Shown: piece by piece, positions 58,384 to 64,000 of the stretch
Layout of the letters: each line of letters opens with the position of its first letter
How positions within the stretch are numbered: position 1 is the first letter of the stretch
Origin: an uncultured Chloroflexia bacterium
GTDB taxonomy: Bacteria; Chloroflexota; Limnocylindria; QHBO01
NCBI GenBank assembly: GCA_963807915.1
Contig: CAWEDO010000002.1
Location: 297,502-361,501, forward strand
Reading direction: 5' to 3'
DNA length: 64,000 nucleotides
Position numbers and translations under genes: made by a program
Notes under the pieces: generated by a model
What the model was told of the DNA's origin: nothing
Databases searched by the model: none
The model's input: the letters and a program-made list of their open reading frames with translations, nothing else

Positions 58384-58735
58384 AGGCATCACTCAGACGA
58401 TGCCGGTTCGAGGCGCCATTCGCCGTCCTCCATCCAGCGGACGACCTCATCAGCCGTTTGGGCCGCGTCGCCGCCAGCCGTGTCGACCACCAAGTGCGGG
58501 ACCTGGATCGTGAAGGCGTCGGTGGCGGCGCGAGCGTAGAACGCCTCCACGCGCTCCCACTCCGTAGTGTGGCACCGATCTCGTCGGGCAGCAGATCGCG
58601 AACGTCATCCTTGTCAATGATTGGCCAGCGGAGTCGGCGCGCCAGTTCGCGTGCGACTGTGCTCTTGCCACTGCCGGGCGGTCCCTTCATCAACAGGAGC
58701 CAAGGTGCTGTGTCCGGTCTCGAGTCCAGCGTCAT
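58384..58735 (-). pseudogene. frameshifted P-loop NTPase/kinase-like gene (AAA_33-like), likely pseudogene or assembly indel
   Basis: N-terminus MTLDSRPDTAPWLLLMKGPPGSGKSTVARELARRLRWPIIDKDDVRDLLPDEIGATL in one frame. Continuation ..TEWERVEAFYARAATDAFTIQVPHLVVDTAGGDAAQTADEVVRWMEDGEWRLEPASSE* is in the -1 frame, with the junction near 58560-58575 (minus-strand GCCACACTACGGAG). Confidence 0.5.
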
Positions 58736-58786
58736 TAGCCGCTACGTTGCACGCCCGGACGATGGCTGGTCAAACTGCTAACCCTA

Positions 58787-59965
58787 ATGGACGAGAGCGT
58801 CGAGGCGAAGGCCCGCTACTACGCATCCTTGGCGACCAAGCGGCTCGGCGCCGGGCTGGTCTGCCGGGATCCGGCGGGCCGCGTCCTGTTGGTGCGCCCG
58901 ACCTACAAGCCGACTTGGGAGGTCCCGGGCGGCGCGGTCGAAGCCGATGAGTCACCGGCAGCGGCCGTGGCTCGCGAGGTCCGCGAGGAGCTAGGGTTCT
59001 CGCTCTCTATCGGTCGCCTGCTGGTGGTCGACTGGCTCCCTCCCCGATATCCGAAGACCGAGGGGCTGATGCTGCTGTTCGACGGCGGCGTACTCGACGA
59101 CAGCCTGACCCAGCAGTTCGATCTTCCTGCCGATGAGTTGGGCGAATGGGACTTCGTTGAGGCGGATCGGCTGGACGCCTACGTGACCGAACACATGGCA
59201 CGCCGGCTCCGAGCTGCACTCGGTGTCCTCGAACTCGGTGGCATGCGGTATCTGGAATCTGGCTCGGCGGCGTCCGCCGTTGGGACAACTAGCACCGACC
59301 CGTACGCCTCGCTCAAGGACAACGCTTGGCGCGCCGCGGCGGAGCTGGACGCCCGTCTCGAACGAGGCGGGATCGACGAGGTGGAGTGGCATGCCGAGAT
59401 GAGACGGCTCATTACGCCGGCGTACCTCGCGGCTCAGACGCCCTGGGAGGGCTCGGGCAAGACCGGCAGCGCCCAGGACTGGGAATACGCGCGTAGCCAC
59501 ATCGCCCACGCCATTGATCGCCCCGGTTCGTTCCTGGACGTCGGGTGCGCCAACGGCTACCTGCTCGAGTGTCTGCCGCGCTGGACACCCTACGAGCTCG
59601 ATCGATACGGCGTGGACATCGCCCCCGACCTGGTCGATCGAGCCCGAACTCGTCTTCCCGACCTCGCCGACCACCTGTTCGTCGGCAATGCGCTGACCTG
59701 GGAGCCCACGCGTCGCTTTACGTACATCCGCACCGGGCTGGAGTACGTTCCGCCCCGCCGTCGGCCCGAGCTGGCCAAGCACTTGCTCGGCTTCTGCGAG
59801 CGGCTCGTCATCGGCGTTTTCAACGAGGAGGCCGGCGGACGCCCGACCGAGGAGCGGCTGAGGTCGTGGGGATTCCAGATCGCCGGGCGCAGTGAGCGCA
59901 TGCACCCGCACAAGCCTGGCATGGAATACCGGGTCCTGTGGATCGACCGGCAGAGGAATGCCTGA
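58787..59965 (+). CDS. NUDIX hydrolase fused to a C-terminal class I methyltransferase-like domain
   Basis: NUDIX box GGAVEADESPAAAVAREVREELGF in the N-terminal ~150 aa. C-terminal half has LDVGCANGYLLECL (motif I-like) and a methyltransferase-like fold. Confidence 0.65.
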   Translation: MDESVEAKARYYASLATKRLGAGLVCRDPAGRVLLVRPTYKPTWEVPGGAVEADESPAAAVAREVREELGFSLSIGRLLVVDWLPPRYPKTEGLMLLFDGGVLDDSLTQQFDLPADELGEWDFVEADRLDAYVTEHMARRLRAALGVLELGGMRYLESGSAASAVGTTSTDPYASLKDNAWRAAAELDARLERGGIDEVEWHAEMRRLITPAYLAAQTPWEGSGKTGSAQDWEYARSHIAHAIDRPGSFLDVGCANGYLLECLPRWTPYELDRYGVDIAPDLVDRARTRLPDLADHLFVGNALTWEPTRRFTYIRTGLEYVPPRRRPELAKHLLGFCERLVIGVFNEEAGGRPTEERLRSWGFQIAGRSERMHPHKPGMEYRVLWIDRQRNA

Positions 59966-60391
59966 TGGTGCCTCGACTTTCAAACATCCTCACGGCTCCA
60001 TGGCTTGGCGAACCCATCCGATCATTCGCGGTCGCCGAGATCATTCTGATCGTGGGTCAGAACGCCGAACGCCGATAAAGCGGGCGAAGCCGGATCCGTC
60101 GGCGGATGGATGTGGACCCTTCGGCAATCCGGAAGCCATCGCGGTCGCGTCAGATCAGCAAGGGGACTCATAAGTCTCTGAACGCAAGCCCTGTGCCACG
60201 AGCGTGGGAACGCGAGCGAAACAGCCAAAGTTATCGACTGCAAATTCGGCGGGCCCGTGCGCTGTGCTAACCGGCCATTCATGCTCACCTGACGCGAGCG
60301 TGGATCGTTCACCTATTCCAGTGTTCCGATGGCGCCAGGCGTCGCTCGATCGGAGGCGATGGCGGCCGCGTAGCTACGCCGAGCGTGACGC

Positions 60392-61906
60392 CTACTCGAT
60401 GGCCAGCAGAGCCATCATGCGGTCCAGCACCGCCTTGTTCAGCGCGTAGTCGCCGAAGTCCTCCTCTGTCGTGACTGCGACCAGGGTCGGGCCGTCCGTG
60501 GGTGTCTCGCCAAGCGCCACCTGGTAGACGAGCGCGGGAAGGCCATCACCGTAGCCGGACGTGCCGCCCAGTTCCTCGACGCGAATCCCTTCTCGGTCTG
60601 CGATGGTCACGTCCGCGGTCAAGGCCGGCGTGCCCCACGAGCCAAAGGGTCCCCCGGCCGAACCAAACGTGATGGCCACGCCTGCCGGTCGGGTGGTTAG
60701 GGGCACAGGCAGGACTAGTGGTTGGGGTGCGAACCAGAGGCAGGAGGGGGGGGAATCGGCGCTCGCCTCGTTCGTCCACCACGTCACCGGATAGGTGATG
60801 GTGACCGTGTGCCCGGCCAGCTCCACGCGGCACTCGGTCGTGTCGGCGAACAGGCGGTCCACCGCCTTGTCCAGTTCGTTGGGCGACGCGACGGGCGCCG
60901 TGACGCGCTCGAGGATTACGTCGGCGGCGTCGAGATCCTGGGACAGATGCAGGGTGAGCGGATGGGCAATGCCGATCGTCTCGCATGGCGGCGACTCGCG
61001 GAGGACCAGCCGGACGCCGTCACCCTGGTTGGCGAGTGTCAGCCGCGGTCCGACCGCGCAATGGCCATAGCCAAAGACCACGGAGAGCCGGCGTCTATCA
61101 CCATCGGGGTTCGCGACAACCATTTTGGCCTGTCCCGCCCAGAGTCGAGCGATCAGCTCATCGGGCGCGCCGAAGACAACTTGATCCACTGAGCCCGTCT
61201 CATCGACCAGCGTCACCGGATCGGGCTGCTCAGGCACATTCACCGTGAACTCGCGCGGTTCGGGGATATCGGCGGTCGTCGGTCCGACCACGCTGATCGT
61301 GGCCGTTCCAACTTCGGCTTCGCCGATCGCTGCGGTCAGCCGCCAGCAGCCGCCGAGTGGCAGACGCTGTTCGAAGAGGTACCAGCCGCCTGGGAGCGGT
61401 GGCGCCGTGTCTTCGAAGCGGCCGATGCCCTCAGGCGTCATCGGACTGTTGTAGACCCCGTCGATCCGCATCCCATCCTCCACGCGCTCGGCCCACACCG
61501 CCACCTGTCCGTCACCCTCAGCATCGGGATCGAAGCGCACGATCAGCAGATGGGTGGTCGATCCGGGCGACGCGGCCAGGGTCGTGGTGTCCAGGTGGAA
61601 GAACGCGCTGGGGCCGCCCGCCTCCTTCCACCAGCTGCCATGCCGGGTCAGCTCGCTGGTCTCGCAGGCGGCCGGCGAGGGCGAGGATGGGGTGAGGCTG
61701 GGTACGAGCCGCGGTCCGAGGGTGACTGCCAGGACCGCAAGCCCGGCCAGGACGGCGGCGACCGGCAACAGGCGCGAAGCCGGCCGCTGCCGCCCGGGGT
61801 CCGCCAGGCGTTCGCGGAGGGTTGCGGAATCCAACTGCAGCGGTGGCCGGTACGCCTCTCGATGCAGGGCTTCGCGTAGCCGCTGCTCGAACAGGTCGCT
61901 ACTCAT
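60392..61906 (-). CDS. anti-sigma factor-like membrane protein with large extracytoplasmic domain
   Basis: Short cytoplasmic N-terminus, single TM (LLPVAAVLAGLAVLAVTL), then a ~430-aa secreted domain. Has an 8-nt overlap with the upstream ECF sigma gene. Confidence 0.55.
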   Translation of the reverse strand: MSSDLFEQRLREALHREAYRPPLQLDSATLRERLADPGRQRPASRLLPVAAVLAGLAVLAVTLGPRLVPSLTPSSPSPAACETSELTRHGSWWKEAGGPSAFFHLDTTTLAASPGSTTHLLIVRFDPDAEGDGQVAVWAERVEDGMRIDGVYNSPMTPEGIGRFEDTAPPLPGGWYLFEQRLPLGGCWRLTAAIGEAEVGTATISVVGPTTADIPEPREFTVNVPEQPDPVTLVDETGSVDQVVFGAPDELIARLWAGQAKMVVANPDGDRRRLSVVFGYGHCAVGPRLTLANQGDGVRLVLRESPPCETIGIAHPLTLHLSQDLDAADVILERVTAPVASPNELDKAVDRLFADTTECRVELAGHTVTITYPVTWWTNEASADSPPSCLWFAPQPLVLPVPLTTRPAGVAITFGSAGGPFGSWGTPALTADVTIADREGIRVEELGGTSGYGDGLPALVYQVALGETPTDGPTLVAVTTEEDFGDYALNKAVLDRMMALLAIE

Positions 61907-62471
61907 GCACGCCTCCTTCCGCCGTCCGGTCCGACGCGAAGCCTTCGTCTGCGAGCGCCGCTCGAAGCCGAGCGAGCGCCTCGCGGAGTTGCGACTTCAC
62001 GGTATTCCGGCTCCGGCCGGTCGCCGCGCTGACCTCGTCGACGGTGAGGTCAGCCACGTAGTGGAGGGTCACGACGGCACGCATCCGCGGCGGCAGGCCA
62101 TCGATGGCGCTACTGAGCGCAAGGCGGTCGGTCGAATCCGGGCCCTCCGCTGGTCGGCGAGCGATCATGTCTGGGAGGAGAGGCATGACCTCACGGGAGC
62201 GCTTCTGCCGCCGGAGGGCCAGTCGTGTAGCGATCGTCAGCAGCCAGCTCCGGAGGCGCCTCGCATCGCGAAGCGTGCCGATCTTGCGCCAGGCGGTCAG
62301 GAGGGTGTCCGAGGTCACCTCCTCGGCGTCGGCTTGGTTGCGAACGATCATGTACGCCACCGCATGGATCTCCGGTCCGTACCGATGCAGCAGCTGATCC
62401 AGCGCGGCTGGATCGCGGTCGCGAAGCTGGGTAACCAGGTCCTCGCTCACCGCCTCAGTTTGGCTTCGCAT
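61899..62471 (-). CDS. ECF-family RNA polymerase sigma factor
   Basis: Region 2 (HAVAYMIVRNQADAEEVTSDTLLTAWRKIGTLRD) and region 4 HTH (LHYVADLTVDEVSAATGRSRNTVKSQLREALARLR). Confidence 0.85.
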   Translation of the reverse strand: MRSQTEAVSEDLVTQLRDRDPAALDQLLHRYGPEIHAVAYMIVRNQADAEEVTSDTLLTAWRKIGTLRDARRLRSWLLTIATRLALRRQKRSREVMPLLPDMIARRPAEGPDSTDRLALSSAIDGLPPRMRAVVTLHYVADLTVDEVSAATGRSRNTVKSQLREALARLRAALADEGFASDRTAEGGVHE

Positions 62472-62724
62472 CAGACATGCACTAATAGGAGGCCGCTAGG
62501 AACGAGTTTCGGGTGAGTTGGAACGCGGTGCGGCAGGCTGCTCCGCACGGCTCGAGTATCTTGCGTCGCTGAGTTGCCGGTGGCGGCGGCCTACCTCCCC
62601 AAGTCCGGCTCACGGTTTCCGCGCGATAGCCATCGCGATCGTCCGGGGCCCAACACTCCCTCCGGCGTGTTAGGTGCGGGAAGGCTGAGTGTCTTAGCCA
62701 CCTGATTGCCTGTCAGGCACCCTA

Positions 62725-64000
62725 TCAACGGGCGAGGTCGCGGAAAGCAGACCAACTGGGGATTGGTCGGCTTAGGACCAGCGCACCCAGCATGGCAAGC
62801 ACTGGGAGGGCAACGACCGCCGCAAGCACCTCCGGGACGGGGACAACCAGTGGAGACTCGCGGCTCGCGAGTAATCCCCAAACCGGGAGCAGCCCCGCCG
62901 GTACGGCGAGCAACCCGGCGACGAGCGCGATGGCGCCAGCTCGAGCGGAGGCGATGCGGCGGCGCAGCTGCGGGTGCGCGCCGAGGGCGAGCAGGGTCCG
63001 CTGCTCGGGACGCGATTCGGCCTCCCCCAAGGCCACTGCGATCCCGGTCACGCTCAAGGCGAGGACCAGGCTCGCGGCGATCATAACCAGCCGGTAACCC
63101 TCGTCGGGCAACCGCGGCGGGAGCGCGGCGTCAGCGAACGTGTCTGGGTATGCGCCCGCGATGTCAGCCGCGGCTGCTAGATCCGCGTCGGTAGCATCCC
63201 GGCCTAGCCGGATGAGGTAGCGGTGGTTCGCCGGACTCTGGAGGTTGAGTTGGCGCGCGGTGTCCGCTGAGACCACCGCTTCCGGTACATTGCCCATGCC
63301 CGGCGCGAGGCCGCCGATGACGTTGGCGACAGGTAGCGTCATGCTTTTGGTGACCGTTCCCTGCGCATCAGTCACGGCAAGGGTGGCGGTCGGGGCATCG
63401 ACACGATCCTGGGTGATCAGGACCACCGATCCCGCATGCAGCTCCGACACCGCGTCTTCCGCATGCAGGACCTTGAGCAATTCTGCGTCCCCGATGCTGA
63501 TGTTCAGGTACTCCCGCCGGCTCGCTCCGCTGCCCGTGCTGAGCACCGGGTACTCATCGTCCTTGCCCGCGATGCCCGGAACAGGGGCTGCGGCGATGGC
63601 GCCGAGCTGTCGTGCGATCTCGGGTCCGGGCTCGTCCACGTTGCCCTGCAGGTAAATCTGATCCGGTTGCATGTACGGCTGGAAGTGGGCGAGCGCTGAC
63701 GCCTGTAAGCTCGCGGAGAAGGCCGCCACGGACACCGTCGCCGCGAAACTGGCCAGGATGGCCGTGATGATGGGGCCGCTGCGTGAGCGAGCGCGGGCCG
63801 TGTCACGCAGCGCGATGCGGCTGGCGAGCGGAAGGTGACGCGCCGGGCGTTCGAGCCGCTCCACGAGCCACGGGCTGCACGCCCCGAAGCCGAGCGTTCC
63901 GAGAACGGCGCCGAGCAACAGCATGGGGATGCTCAGCGGGCTGTCGCCATCCTGCAGACGTAGGGCTGCTCCGCCAAGCGTCAGGCCCAACGCGAGGGCC
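62725..64000 (-). CDS. FtsX-like ABC transporter permease (MacB/DevC-type), partial; N-terminus beyond window end
   Basis: Open to the window edge. C-terminal FtsX TM bundle (LVMIAASLVLALSVTGIAVALGEAESRPEQRTLLALGA..) with a large periplasmic domain. Confidence 0.6.
   Translation of the reverse strand, partial: ALALGLTLGGAALRLQDGDSPLSIPMLLLGAVLGTLGFGACSPWLVERLERPARHLPLASRIALRDTARARSRSGPIITAILASFAATVSVAAFSASLQASALAHFQPYMQPDQIYLQGNVDEPGPEIARQLGAIAAAPVPGIAGKDDEYPVLSTGSGASRREYLNISIGDAELLKVLHAEDAVSELHAGSVVLITQDRVDAPTATLAVTDAQGTVTKSMTLPVANVIGGLAPGMGNVPEAVVSADTARQLNLQSPANHRYLIRLGRDATDADLAAAADIAGAYPDTFADAALPPRLPDEGYRLVMIAASLVLALSVTGIAVALGEAESRPEQRTLLALGAHPQLRRRIASARAGAIALVAGLLAVPAGLLPVWGLLASRESPLVVPVPEVLAAVVALPVLAMLGALVLSRPIPSWSAFRDLAR

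Noticed and set aside
58108-58384. tmRNA (ssrA) or a complete long-arm tRNA (Ser/Leu/Sec)
   Set aside because: No tmRNA 5' signature (GGGG..TTCGAC) and no tag-peptide reading frame. No 5' acceptor strand complementary to CGCCCCA, and no anticodon stem-loop could be folded. Only the 3' T-arm/acceptor part is tRNA-like.

Overview
This is a 64-kb, roughly 70% GC window from a bacterial chromosome (gene content suggests an actinobacterium-like high-GC organism, but lineage cannot be fixed from sequence alone). It is gene-dense, with many 4-nt ATGA/GTGA start-stop overlaps, and no rRNA, CRISPR or transposase was seen. Core content includes moaA, a trehalose ABC importer with treS and maltokinase, a split two-subunit pyruvate/2-oxoacid:ferredoxin oxidoreductase, zur-znuA/znuCB, a PspC-domain kinase/regulator module with an ABC exporter, a LuxR-type ATPase regulator, an ECF sigma/anti-sigma pair and an MFS transporter. 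Most notable are two paralogous sulfur-trafficking operons, each led by an ArsR-family regulator and each starting with DsrE-like and TusA-like carriers. The first continues into a sulfide:quinone oxidoreductase. The second continues into an unusual heterodisulfide-reductase/Qmo-like module, comprising an MvhD-like protein, an HdrA homologue with an inserted NAD(P)H-binding GltD-type domain (HdrL-like), a canonical HdrA-like flavoprotein, a small winged-helix protein and a QmoC-like di-[4Fe-4S]/heme-b membrane subunit, followed by a hemerythrin and PadR. No HdrB, AprAB or DsrAB is present. This looks like an undescribed NAD(P)H/quinone-linked Hdr-Qmo-type complex wired to a persulfide relay. 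Other accessory-looking items are a six-gene translationally coupled operon (MT, GGR-family FAD oxidoreductase, SRPBCC, KAS, FMO, XdhC), a sigma-70 ECF factor fused in frame to a zinc-finger anti-sigma domain, and a degenerate patch near 58 kb with a tRNA 3' fragment, direct repeats, a frameshifted P-loop gene and a NUDIX-methyltransferase fusion.
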